The notes under the pieces are model-generated. The model was given only the letters and a program-made list of their open reading frames with translations, was not told the origin of the DNA and ran no database searches. Position numbers and translations under genes: made by a program. DNA of 64,000 nt from positions 4,884 through 68,883 of the forward strand of contig NZ_JAPFEA010000153.1 in the NCBI RefSeq assembly GCF_026169115.1. The letters are read 5' to 3'. Positions within the stretch are counted from its first letter, which is position 1; the number at the start of each line of letters is the position of its first letter. Origin of the DNA: Intestinimonas sp. (GTDB lineage: Bacteria > Bacillota > Clostridia > Oscillospirales > Oscillospiraceae). Positions 9,001 to 18,339 of the stretch are shown here, piece after piece.

Positions 9001-9846
9001 ATGACCGCAGATGAAAAGAAACGCCTCATGGCCCTGGCCTGCCGGGTGCGCATGGGTGTCATTGAGGGGACCCATTCCGCCAAGGCTGGTCACCCCGGCG
9101 GCAGCCTGTCCGCTGCCGAGCTCTTCACCTACCTCTATTTTAAGGAGATGAAGGTGGACCCCGAGCATCCCCAGTGGGAAGCCCGGGACCGCTTTGTCCT
9201 CTCCAAGGGCCACACTGCTCCTGGCCTGTATGCCGCGCTGGCCCTCCGGGGCTTCTTCCCCTGGGAGGAGCTCAAGACCCTGCGCCACCTGGGCAGCCGT
9301 CTCCAGGGCCACCCCAATATGAATGAGACCCCCGGTGTGGATATGTCCACCGGCTCCCTGGGACAGGGGATCTCCGCCGCTGCCGGTATGGCTCTGGCCG
9401 CCAAGTATCAGGGCAAGTCCTGCCGGGTCTATACCCTGCTGGGCGACGGTGAGATCCAGGAGGGCGAGGTCTGGGAGGCCATGATGTTTGCCCACCACTA
9501 CAAGCTGGACAACCTGTGTGTGGTCATCGACAACAATGGACTCCAGATCGACGGTAATGTTGCCGATGTGATGAGTCCCTATCCCATCCCCGAGAAGCTG
9601 CGGGCCTTCGGCTTTGCTGTGGCTGAGATCGACGGCCACGACTTTGACGCCATGGAGGCCGCCTTTACCCTGGCCCGGGAGACGAAGGGCGTCCCCTTCG
9701 CCATCGTGATGAAGACCGTCAAGGGCAAGGACGTCTCCTATATGGAGAACCAGGCCGGCTGGCACGGCAAGGCCCCCAACGACGAGGAATATGAGCAGGC
9801 CATGGCCGAGCTGAAGGCCCGGCTGGCGGAAGTGGAGGCGATGTAA
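9001..9846 (+). CDS. Transketolase, N-terminal (TPP-binding) subunit
   Basis: GHPGGSLS, RDRFVLSKGH, LQGHP, STGSLGQG and GDGEIQEG. Confidence 0.95.
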   Translation: MTADEKKRLMALACRVRMGVIEGTHSAKAGHPGGSLSAAELFTYLYFKEMKVDPEHPQWEARDRFVLSKGHTAPGLYAALALRGFFPWEELKTLRHLGSRLQGHPNMNETPGVDMSTGSLGQGISAAAGMALAAKYQGKSCRVYTLLGDGEIQEGEVWEAMMFAHHYKLDNLCVVIDNNGLQIDGNVADVMSPYPIPEKLRAFGFAVAEIDGHDFDAMEAAFTLARETKGVPFAIVMKTVKGKDVSYMENQAGWHGKAPNDEEYEQAMAELKARLAEVEAM

Positions 9847-9847
9847 C

Positions 9848-10786
9848 ATGGCCGATGTAAAGAAGATCGCCACCCGGGAAAGCTATGGCAGCGCCCTCAA
9901 GGAGCTGGGCGCGGTCCATGACGACCTGGTGGTCTTTGACGCCGACCTGGCCGGTGCCACCAAAACTGGGACCTTTCAGAAGACGTTTCCCGAGCGGCAC
10001 TTTGACTGCGGCATCGCCGAGGGGAATATGATGGCCGCCGCCGCCGGCGCCGCCGCCATGGGACTGGTGCCCTTTGTGTCCAGCTTTGCCATGTTTGCCG
10101 CCGGTCGCGCCTTTGAGCAGGTGCGGAACTCCATTGGCTACCCCCATTTGAACGTGAAGATCGGCGCGACCCACGGCGGGCTCTCCGTGGGCGAGGACGG
10201 CGCCTCCCACCAGTGCTGTGAGGACTTTGCCGTTATGCGTTCCATCCCCGGCATGGTGGTCATGTCCCCCGCTGACGCAGTGGAGGCCCGTGCCATGGTC
10301 CAGGCCGCCTATGAGCACCAGGGACCGGTCTACATGCGCTTTGGACGCTCCGCCGTCCCCGTCATCCATGACGAGGACAGCTTCCACTTCCAAATTGGCA
10401 AGGGCGAAATTCTCCGGGAGGGCGCCGATGCCGCCATCCTGGCCAACGGCCTCATGGTGGCGGAAGCCCTGAACGCCGCCGAGCTGCTCTCCGCAGAGGG
10501 CATCTCTGTCCGCGTGGTCGATCTTGCCACGGTGAAGCCGCTGGATGAAGAGCTGGTGCTGGACTGTGCCCGGACCTGTGGACGGATCGTTACCTGCGAG
10601 GAGCACAGCGTCATCGGCGGACTGGGCGAGGCGGTGTGCGCCCTCCTCAGCGAGAAGCTGCCCACCCCCGTGCGCCGGGTGGGCGTGCAGGATGTCTTCG
10701 GCTGCTCCGGCCCCGCCGCCCAGGTGCTGGAGCACTATGGTCTCACCGCCCAGAACATCGCGCAGGCGGTGAAGGACCTGCGCTGA
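9848..10786 (+). CDS. Transketolase, C-terminal subunit
   Basis: GIAEGNM, GEDGASHQ and EEHSVIGGLG. Confidence 0.95.
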   Translation: MADVKKIATRESYGSALKELGAVHDDLVVFDADLAGATKTGTFQKTFPERHFDCGIAEGNMMAAAAGAAAMGLVPFVSSFAMFAAGRAFEQVRNSIGYPHLNVKIGATHGGLSVGEDGASHQCCEDFAVMRSIPGMVVMSPADAVEARAMVQAAYEHQGPVYMRFGRSAVPVIHDEDSFHFQIGKGEILREGADAAILANGLMVAEALNAAELLSAEGISVRVVDLATVKPLDEELVLDCARTCGRIVTCEEHSVIGGLGEAVCALLSEKLPTPVRRVGVQDVFGCSGPAAQVLEHYGLTAQNIAQAVKDLR

Positions 10787-10813
10787 AGCACCGGCAGATA
10801 GAACAGAACGCAG

Positions 10814-10856
10814 AAAACAGACCGCCGTCCGGCACAGCCGGACGGCGGTCATTTGT
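10814..10856. terminator. Hairpin between convergent tkt and esterase genes
   Basis: GACCGCCGTCCGGC-ACA-GCCGGACGGCGGTC flanked by A/T-rich ends. Confidence 0.75.
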
Positions 10857-10869
10857 CATGGTCTTGCGT

Positions 10870-11835
10870 TTAGTCCAGCTCCAGCAGGAACCGACCAACG
10901 TGGTCCATGGCCTGGGCGGCCTTTTTGATGGGGAACATCTGAAAGACATGCCACATGTCGGGCCAGATCTCCAGCTGGCAGGGAGTGCCGGCCTGGATCA
11001 GACGGTCCCGAAGCTGTACCGAGTCGGAGAGGAGGATCTCGTTGGTGCCGACCTGGATGAGTACAGGAGGGAACCGCCGCAGATCGCCGAAAAGAGGGGA
11101 GAGCTCCGGGACAGAGAAGTCCCGACCGGGCGCATAGACGCCCCGCACAGCCCGGATATAGTCCATGGTGAGCATGGGGTCATCCTCCTGATGCTCCTGG
11201 TAGGACTTCCCGCTGGCGGTCATATCTGTCCAGGGGGAGAGGAGGACCAGCCGGCGGGGGAGGATGCGGCCAGCATCCCGGAGCCGCATGGTGAGCACCA
11301 GGGCCAGATTGCCGCCGGCGGAATCACCCGCCACCACCACGTTCCGGGCGCCGTAACCCAGGTGCATGAGGTAGTCCCAGGCCCTCATGGCGTCCTCCAG
11401 GGGGGCGGGATAGGTGTGCTCCGGGGCCAGACGGTATTCAAACGCCAGCACCTCATAGCCGGTGACCCCGGCCAGCTTGGCGGCCAGAATGCGGGCATAT
11501 CCCAGGTTTCCGCTGGTATATCCGCCGCCGTGACAGTATAAAATGACGTGGCGCTTGTCGTGCCCGCGCTCTGGCCGAACCCAGGCGGCGGGCATCCCCT
11601 GGAGGTCGAAGGGCTCCCAGCTCATGCCCAGCATGGGGGCCACCAGATGGCCCAGCAGCTCCTGACCCTTGCGCTGGCGCTCCAGATCCTCGGGGGCCAT
11701 AGAGTCGGGTGAGGCGGCTGAGTGGATGGACTTGAGGGCGTTCATCACTGCATTGGCACGCTTTTGCTCGGCGGCCTGGCGGCTCTCGCGGGAGAGAGGA
11801 GAGAGACGTTTTCGGATCTTGTTTTTTTGTTCCAT
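10870..11835 (-). CDS. Alpha/beta hydrolase, HSL/Aes esterase-lipase family
   Basis: HGGGY, EYRLAPEH, GDSAGG nucleophile, GTNEIL and MWHVF. Confidence 0.9.
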   Translation of the reverse strand: MEQKNKIRKRLSPLSRESRQAAEQKRANAVMNALKSIHSAASPDSMAPEDLERQRKGQELLGHLVAPMLGMSWEPFDLQGMPAAWVRPERGHDKRHVILYCHGGGYTSGNLGYARILAAKLAGVTGYEVLAFEYRLAPEHTYPAPLEDAMRAWDYLMHLGYGARNVVVAGDSAGGNLALVLTMRLRDAGRILPRRLVLLSPWTDMTASGKSYQEHQEDDPMLTMDYIRAVRGVYAPGRDFSVPELSPLFGDLRRFPPVLIQVGTNEILLSDSVQLRDRLIQAGTPCQLEIWPDMWHVFQMFPIKKAAQAMDHVGRFLLELD

Positions 11836-11902
11836 AGATGCTCCTGTCATCACTTCAGGTGTGGTGGTCCGTACGCCTTATCTTACAGGATATCGGCCTG
11901 GA

Positions 11903-11931
11903 TTGCAAGGGCGGAGAACTTATAGTATAAT
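11903..11931 (+). promoter_or_regulatory. SigA promoter of the acyltransferase operon
   Basis: TTGCAA (11903-11908), 17 bp, TATAAT (11926-11931). Confidence 0.7.
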
Positions 11932-11996
11932 GGGAATGAAATTCTGGCGCGGGGGGCACGGCGGCCCAGGCGCCAGCGGGAAAGGGGGGCGCTGCT

Positions 11997-13319
11997 GTGT
12001 CTGGGAAAAAGAAAAAGGAATGGTACCGTCTGGACAACGCTGCCATGATGTACTCCGCCATCCAGCGGGAGAATTATTCGGCAATCTACCGCTTCTCAGC
12101 CGTGATGACAGAGCTGGTGGACCCTCGGGCGCTCCAGCGGGCCATTGATCGGACCATGCCCCGCTTTCCGGGCTTTCGGGTCCACATCAAGCGGGGACTG
12201 TTCTGGTACTATTTTGAGCCGAACGACGCCCCCGGCCCCTTTGTGAAGGAGGACATGAGCAACCCCTGCCAGCCGGTGCGGTTCAAGGAGGACGACGGTT
12301 GGCTCATCCGTTTCTTCTACTACGGACACCGCATCTCTTTGGAGGTCTTTCATGCGCTGGCCGACGGGGCTGGGGCCCTGACCCTGTTTCGCACGCTGCT
12401 GGCGGTCTACCTCCGGGAACTGGGCCATCAGATCCCCAACACCGGAGGCGTGTTGGATGTGGATGCGCCGCCTGCGGCGGAGGAACAGGAGGACTCCTAT
12501 TTTCGCTACGCCAAGTCCCGGGTGCGGCGGGGTATGGGGGAGGGCAAGGCGTACCAGAACACCGGGACACCGGAGCCGTTTTATACCCTCAACGTCACCA
12601 TGGGGTTGGTTCCCCTGGACCGTCTCCGGACGGTGGCCAAGGGCTATGGCGCTTCGGTAACGGAGTATCTTTCGGCGGTGCTCATTGAGTCCATCCTGGC
12701 CAAGCAGCGCCGGGAGGGACGCCGCCGGGAACTGCCGGTGGCGCTGGCGGTGCCCATCAATCTGCGGCCCCATTTTCCCTCCCACACGTTGCGCAATTTT
12801 ATTTTGACGGTCCGGCCTGTGATCGACCCGGAGCTGGGGGACTACACCTTCTCGGAGATCGTCTCCCAGGTCCACCACCACATGCGCCTGCACATCAATC
12901 GTCAGGAGATGCAGGCCGTCATCACACGGAATGTGATGCTTCAGAAGAACCGGCTGCTCCAGATCGTGCCGGCGCCGCTGAAAAATCTGGGCATGGCCCT
13001 GAGCTATAAGCTAGTGGGCTGCCGCCCCTATTCCACGACCTATACCAACCCCGGCGCCTTTACCGTGCCGCCGGAGATGGCCCCCCACATCCAGCGTATG
13101 GAGGTGGTCCTGGGCCAATCCTATAACGCCCGGAGCAACTGCGCCTCCATCAGCTACGGCAACACCATGGAGATCACTTTCGCCGGGACGGTGAAGGAGT
13201 CCGATGTGGAGCGGGACTTTTTCCGTCACCTGGTCCGGGACGGCATCCATGTAAATATCATCTCAAACCGGAATGGGCCGGCCCGGCCCGCCGGACCGCC
13301 TGAAAAGGAGGCGCTTTGA
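11997..13319 (+). CDS. CoA-dependent acyltransferase (alcohol acetyltransferase / condensation-like fold)
   Basis: WYRLDNAA N-terminus, catalytic HALADG (HxxxDG) motif, PINLRPHFPSHTLRNF. GTG start. Confidence 0.75.
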   Translation: MSGKKKKEWYRLDNAAMMYSAIQRENYSAIYRFSAVMTELVDPRALQRAIDRTMPRFPGFRVHIKRGLFWYYFEPNDAPGPFVKEDMSNPCQPVRFKEDDGWLIRFFYYGHRISLEVFHALADGAGALTLFRTLLAVYLRELGHQIPNTGGVLDVDAPPAAEEQEDSYFRYAKSRVRRGMGEGKAYQNTGTPEPFYTLNVTMGLVPLDRLRTVAKGYGASVTEYLSAVLIESILAKQRREGRRRELPVALAVPINLRPHFPSHTLRNFILTVRPVIDPELGDYTFSEIVSQVHHHMRLHINRQEMQAVITRNVMLQKNRLLQIVPAPLKNLGMALSYKLVGCRPYSTTYTNPGAFTVPPEMAPHIQRMEVVLGQSYNARSNCASISYGNTMEITFAGTVKESDVERDFFRHLVRDGIHVNIISNRNGPARPAGPPEKEAL

Positions 13320-14023
13320 TGTCATACTGTGTCAACTGCGGGGTGGAGCTGGACCCCACTGCAAGCAGCTGTCCCCTCTGCCAGACCCCGGTGGTCAACC
13401 CCAGGCAGCCGGTGGACACGGAGCTTCCGCCGCCATTCCCCAGCCGCCGGGCAGAGGTGCAGCCAGTCAACAAGCTGGAGCTGGCGCTGCTACTCACCGC
13501 CATGCTGGGTTCGGTGGCGGTGGTCTGCGGGCTGTTGAACCTCTTTTTCCTCCACGCTGACCGCCCCTGGTCCCTCTATGTCATCGGCGCGGCGGGGATG
13601 CTGTGGATCTGGCTGGTGCCGCCCCTTCTCTTCCGCAGCATGCCCCTGTGGGTCCGCCTGGGTCTGGATGCCTGCGCTGTGGGCGTGTATGTGTACCTCA
13701 TTTCCATCGATCTCCACGGACTGCGCTGGTATCTGGGACTGGCCCTGCCCATCATCCTTACCGGCGGAGCCATTGTTGTGCTTTTGGGCTTCATCCTCAG
13801 TCGGGGCCGCTCCATCCTCACCAGTGTTACCCTCATCATCGGCGCCATCGGCCTTTTTGTCATGAGCATTGAGCTCTATGTAGACCGCTGGCTCCACCAG
13901 GACTATGCTCCCGGGTGGTCCCTGGTGGTGGGCGCCGTGTGCGTGGCCCTCATCATTCCTCTGGTCATCGTCCGCCGCCGTCCCGCGCTCCGGGATGAGG
14001 TCCGCCGTCGGTTCCATATGTGA
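13319..14023 (+). CDS. Zn-ribbon + multi-TM membrane protein (DUF6320-like)
   Basis: YCVNCGVEL...CPLCQTP N-terminus, about 6 TM segments, C-terminal RRRFHM. Overlaps the stop of the acyltransferase gene. Confidence 0.75.
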   Translation: MSYCVNCGVELDPTASSCPLCQTPVVNPRQPVDTELPPPFPSRRAEVQPVNKLELALLLTAMLGSVAVVCGLLNLFFLHADRPWSLYVIGAAGMLWIWLVPPLLFRSMPLWVRLGLDACAVGVYVYLISIDLHGLRWYLGLALPIILTGGAIVVLLGFILSRGRSILTSVTLIIGAIGLFVMSIELYVDRWLHQDYAPGWSLVVGAVCVALIIPLVIVRRRPALRDEVRRRFHM

Positions 14024-14076
14024 CGCCACCGGGGGAGCGCAAAGACCTGCATCAATGGGCGGGACAGGATTTATGG

Positions 14077-14105
14077 TTGCAATCCGGTTCCATTGGGCGT
14101 ATGAT
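14077..14105 (+). promoter_or_regulatory. SigA promoter of the arg operon
   Basis: TTGCAA, 17 bp, TATGAT. No convincing ARG box seen. Confidence 0.6.
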
Positions 14106-14179
14106 TGGCACGTCGCATTTGAGACGACCAGAAAAATGGAGCATGCGGCAAACCGGATGTGCAGAAGGGAACTGACCAT

Positions 14180-15121
14180 ATGAACCGACCAAAGATCTAC
14201 ATTGACGGACAGGAGGGCACCACCGGCCTCCAGATCTATGAACGGCTGGGGGAGCGAGAGGACATTGAGCTTCTTCGCATCGAGCCTGACAAGCGAAAAG
14301 ACTTGACGGAGCGAAAAAAGCTCCTCAATGAGGCCGACCTGGTCTTCCTCTGTCTGCCTGATGCCGCAGCCGTAGAGGCAGTGGGGCTCATTGAAAATGA
14401 GAAGACCAGGGTCATCGACGCCTCCACCGCCCATCGGACGGCGGAGGGGTGGACGTACGGCTTTCCGGAGCTGCTGGCCGGACAGCGCCAGCGCATCAAA
14501 TTTGCCCGGCGGGTGGCCAATCCGGGCTGCCACGCCACTGGATTCCTGGCCGCCGCCGCCCCGTTGACTGCCATGGGCGTTCTGCCCAAAGAGGCCGCTG
14601 TCACCTGCTTCTCCCTCACCGGTTATTCCGGCGGCGGGAAGAAGATGATCGCCGACTACGAAAAGAGTGAGAAGGCGGAAGACCTGTACAGTCCCAGGAT
14701 CTACGGCACCACGCTCCGGCATAAGCACTTGCCAGAGATGAAGACCTACGCCGGTCTCACCCAGCCGCCGGTTTTCTGTCCCGTGGTGGACGACTATGAT
14801 AAGGGAATGGCCACCACCCTGATGCTGCCGGTCTCCCTGTTGTCCGGCCATCCCGCGGCGGAAGACGTCAGCGAGATGCTGGCCCGGTACTATGAGGGGG
14901 AGGCAGCAGTGAAGGTGCTGCCCTATCAGAAGGAGGCCGCCTTCCTGGCGGCCAACACCATGGCGGGGAAGGACAGCCTGGCGCTGGTGGTTTCCGGCCA
15001 TGAGGAGCAGATCATCGTGACTGCCCTCTTCGACAATCTGGGCAAGGGGGCCTCCGGTGCGGCGGTCCAGAATATGAATCTGATGCTGGGCTTCCCTGAG
15101 ACCACGGGGCTGAGCCTGTGA
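14180..15121 (+). CDS. argC: N-acetyl-gamma-glutamyl-phosphate reductase (type 2)
   Basis: IDGQEGTTG, DASTAHR, VANPGCHATG and DNLGKGASGAAVQNMN. Confidence 0.95.
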   Translation: MNRPKIYIDGQEGTTGLQIYERLGEREDIELLRIEPDKRKDLTERKKLLNEADLVFLCLPDAAAVEAVGLIENEKTRVIDASTAHRTAEGWTYGFPELLAGQRQRIKFARRVANPGCHATGFLAAAAPLTAMGVLPKEAAVTCFSLTGYSGGGKKMIADYEKSEKAEDLYSPRIYGTTLRHKHLPEMKTYAGLTQPPVFCPVVDDYDKGMATTLMLPVSLLSGHPAAEDVSEMLARYYEGEAAVKVLPYQKEAAFLAANTMAGKDSLALVVSGHEEQIIVTALFDNLGKGASGAAVQNMNLMLGFPETTGLSL

Positions 15122-15141
15122 TGACGAAGGAGTTGTGTGAT

Positions 15142-16404
15142 ATGAAGCAGGTCTCCGGCGGCGTGACCGCCCCAAAGGGCTTTACCGCCTCGGGCGTCCA
15201 CTGCGGCGTAAAAAAGGGAAAGGGGGACGTCGATCAGCCCCCCATGGGCGAGATGCCGGAGGTGCCGGAGGGCAAGAGGGACCTGGCCCTCATCGTCTCC
15301 GAGCAGCCCTGCGCCGCAGCGGCGGTCTACACCATGAACCGGGTGAAGGCGGCCCCCCTGTATGTCACCATGGACCACCTGGAAAATGGCGAGGCCCAGG
15401 CCATCGTGGCAAACTCCGGCAACGCCAACGCCTGCGCCCCCAACAGCCGTGCGCACGCCGAGGAGATGTGCAGGCTGGCCGCCCAGGCCACCGGTCTGAA
15501 TCCCGGCGACTTCGTGGTGGCCTCCACCGGCGTCATCGGCCAGGAGCTCAATATTGCCGCCATCCGGGCCGGGCTGCCCGCCTGTGCCGCCGCCCTCTCC
15601 AAGGATGGTTCTGACGCGGCGGCCAACGCCATCATGACCACCGACACGGTGAAAAAAGAGGCGGCGGTGACCTGTACCATTGGAGGGAAGACGGTGACCA
15701 TCGGCGCCATCGCCAAGGGTTCCGGTATGATCCACCCCAATATGGGGACCATGCTGTGCTTCGTCACCACCGACTGCGCCATCACCCACGAGCTGCTCTC
15801 TGACGCCCTCCACGAGATCGTCCCCCGCACGTTCAACCGGGTGACGGTGGACGGGGATACCTCCACCAATGACATGTGCGTGGTGTTGGCCAACGGCATG
15901 GCGGAAAACCCCCTTATTGAGTGGAAGGACGACGGCTACACCCTCTTCTATCAGGCCCTTTACAGCGTCTTTGAGCAGATGGCCCGGTCTATCGCCGCCG
16001 ATGGCGAGGGCGCCAGCAAACTCATCACCTGCACGGTCCGAAAGGCCCGCAGTGAGGAGACCGCCGAGCGTCTGGCCAAGGCGGTGGTGGGCTCCTCTCT
16101 GGTGAAGGCGGCCATGTTCGGCTCCGATGCCAACTGGGGACGGGTCCTCTGCGCCATGGGCTACTCCAAGGCCCCCTTCCGACCGGAGCATGTGGATGTG
16201 AAGTTCTCCTCCGCTGTGGGAGAGCTCCTGGTGTGCCGGCAGGGGGCCGGAGTGGACTTTGACGAGGAGACGGCCAAGCGCATCCTCAGCCAGGACGAGG
16301 TGGTCATCGACGTGGACCTCAGCGAGGGCGAGCATGAGGCCACCTGCTGGGGCTGCGATCTCACCTACGACTATGTGAAGATCAACGGGGACTACCGGAC
16401 CTGA
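15142..16404 (+). CDS. argJ: Ornithine acetyltransferase / amino-acid acetyltransferase
   Basis: NSGNANAC, STGVIG, KGSGMIHPNMGTML, DGDTSTND, DGEGASK and WGCDLTYDYVKINGDYRT. Confidence 0.96.
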   Translation: MKQVSGGVTAPKGFTASGVHCGVKKGKGDVDQPPMGEMPEVPEGKRDLALIVSEQPCAAAAVYTMNRVKAAPLYVTMDHLENGEAQAIVANSGNANACAPNSRAHAEEMCRLAAQATGLNPGDFVVASTGVIGQELNIAAIRAGLPACAAALSKDGSDAAANAIMTTDTVKKEAAVTCTIGGKTVTIGAIAKGSGMIHPNMGTMLCFVTTDCAITHELLSDALHEIVPRTFNRVTVDGDTSTNDMCVVLANGMAENPLIEWKDDGYTLFYQALYSVFEQMARSIAADGEGASKLITCTVRKARSEETAERLAKAVVGSSLVKAAMFGSDANWGRVLCAMGYSKAPFRPEHVDVKFSSAVGELLVCRQGAGVDFDEETAKRILSQDEVVIDVDLSEGEHEATCWGCDLTYDYVKINGDYRT

Positions 16405-16526
16405 CCCTGGTTGGTCGTCCCCATGGAGACAACGGAAAGGTCCGATCCCCACTCGCTGATGTTTGGGGCCTTCTGCAAGACCCGGGGGACGAGTCCGCAC
16501 TACCATGCTGCTATGAGGTGAATACT

Positions 16527-17702
16527 ATGGATTTTCAGACCATAAAAGCCCGGGATGACCAGTATGTGATGCATACCTACAATCGCTTCCCGGTGGACAT
16601 TGACCACGGAAAAAACGCCACCCTCTGGAGCGCCGAGGGGAAGGAGTACATCGACTTCACCTCTGGCATCGGCGTCAATTCCATCGGCGTGGCCGATCCC
16701 AGGTGGGTGGACGCCGTGGCGGTGCAGGCGGCCAAGCTGGGCCACATGTCCAATCTCTTCTATACCCAGCCCTGCGGGGCTCTGGCTGAGCGGCTGTGCC
16801 GCCGGGCGGGGATGTCGGCGGCCTTTTTTGCCAATTCCGGCGCCGAGTCCAACGAGGGGCTCATCAAGCTGGCCAGGAAATACTCCTTTGACAAGTATGG
16901 GAAGGGGAGGGGGACCATCCTCACCCTGACCAACTCCTTCCATGGCCGGACGGTGACCACCCTGTCCGCCACCGGCCAGGACGTGTTCCACAACTATTTC
17001 TTTCCCTTTACCGATGGCTTCCGCTGCGCCGAACCCACCATGGACGGTATCGCCCAGGTCTCCGGCCATGACGTGTGCGCCGTGATGCTGGAGCTCATCC
17101 AGGGGGAGAGCGGCGTGTGGCCCCTGGAGCCATCCTTCGTCCACGATTTGGCCATTCTCTGCGCCGAGCGGGACTGGCTGCTGCTGGTGGACGAGGTCCA
17201 GACCGGCATCGGCCGGACCGGCACGCTGTTCTGCTATCAGCAGTACGGCATCCTGCCCGACGCCGTCTCCTTTGCCAAGGGGATCGCCGGCGGTCTGCCC
17301 TTCGGCGGCTTCCTGGTGGGGGAGAAGTGCAGGAACGTGCTGGGGCCCGGTACCCACGCCACCACCTTCGGGGGCAACCCCATCTGTGCCGCTGCCGCCC
17401 TGGCCACCCTGGACATCCTCAGCGAGGAGATGATGGGGGAGATCTCTGACAAGGGGAACTACCTGCGCAGCGCCATCGAGGCCATGGATCTGCCCTGCCT
17501 GGGCAAGACCCGGGGACGGGGACTGATGATCGGCGTGGAGGTGAGACCCGGCCAGACCAACCGGGAGATCGCAGGCCAGCTTATGGACAATGGACTGCTG
17601 GTGCTGACGGCGGGCCCCGCCCTGCGGCTGCTGCCGCCGCTGACCATCACCAGAGATGAAATGGACAAGGGGCTTGCCATCTTGAAGCAGACCTTTTCCT
17701 GA
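16527..17702 (+). CDS. argD: Acetylornithine aminotransferase
   Basis: NSGAESNE, SFHGRT, DEVQTGIGRTG, AKGIAGG and HATTFGGNP; operon context. Confidence 0.93.
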   Translation: MDFQTIKARDDQYVMHTYNRFPVDIDHGKNATLWSAEGKEYIDFTSGIGVNSIGVADPRWVDAVAVQAAKLGHMSNLFYTQPCGALAERLCRRAGMSAAFFANSGAESNEGLIKLARKYSFDKYGKGRGTILTLTNSFHGRTVTTLSATGQDVFHNYFFPFTDGFRCAEPTMDGIAQVSGHDVCAVMLELIQGESGVWPLEPSFVHDLAILCAERDWLLLVDEVQTGIGRTGTLFCYQQYGILPDAVSFAKGIAGGLPFGGFLVGEKCRNVLGPGTHATTFGGNPICAAAALATLDILSEEMMGEISDKGNYLRSAIEAMDLPCLGKTRGRGLMIGVEVRPGQTNREIAGQLMDNGLLVLTAGPALRLLPPLTITRDEMDKGLAILKQTFS

Positions 17703-17766
17703 GGGGCTGGAATTTACCCGGACGGTCACCGACTGCAAGTTTCAGCTCTGCCGCAGGCAGAGGACC

Positions 17767-17863
17767 GTCAAACGGGACGGCAGACATATCTGCCGTCCCG
17801 TTTGACTTATATTTGCAACAGATAAAAAACGTGCCTGCGTGGTCACACGCAGGCACGTTTTTG
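17767..17863. terminator. Two hairpins between convergent argD and ireB
   Basis: GTCAAACGGGACGGCAGA...TCTGCCGTCCCGTTTGAC and AAAAACGTGCCTGCGTG...CACGCAGGCACGTTTTT. Confidence 0.8.
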
Positions 17864-17878
17864 CTTCTGTTTACGCGG

Positions 17879-18127
17879 TCAGGTCGCCAGATATTTCTTC
17901 ACCAGCTCCTGGAGCAGCTCGTCCCGGTCCAGCTTGCGGATGAGGGAGCGGGCATTGTTGTAGTTGGTAATATAGGTGGGGTCCTCGGACAGAATGTAAC
18001 CGACGATCTGGTTGATGGGGTTGTACCCTTTTTCCTGGAGGGCATTGTAGACGGCGGTCAAAATGGCCTTGATCTCCTCATCCCGGTCCTCATTGAGGTT
18101 GAATTTGCGCGTAAAATCGATCTCCAT
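17879..18127 (-). CDS. ireB: IreB/ReoM family (UPF0297) regulatory phosphoprotein
   Basis: [29 protein letters not shown]...[14 protein letters not shown]. Confidence 0.93.
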   Translation of the reverse strand: MEIDFTRKFNLNEDRDEEIKAILTAVYNALQEKGYNPINQIVGYILSEDPTYITNYNNARSLIRKLDRDELLQELVKKYLAT

Positions 18128-18339
18128 GTCGGAAACACCTCCCGTTTGGTACGATTTTGGACAGGCACACAAAATATAGTATGCACCATCCAGCAGAGAT
18201 GCTCTTATTGTACTCGAAATGTGCTCAGGTGTAAAGGGGGTGGGGATGAAAATTTATGAAGATTTAAGGTCTTGGCGTTTTAGAGGGCATTCCCGCAAAT
18301 GCAGAGCATTTGCGGGGACCCATGAGGCAAGTCAACTGC

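Noticed and set aside
15200-15280. Short acidic/Pro insertion near the ArgJ N-terminus
   Set aside because: Probably a surface-loop variation; all catalytic motifs are intact.
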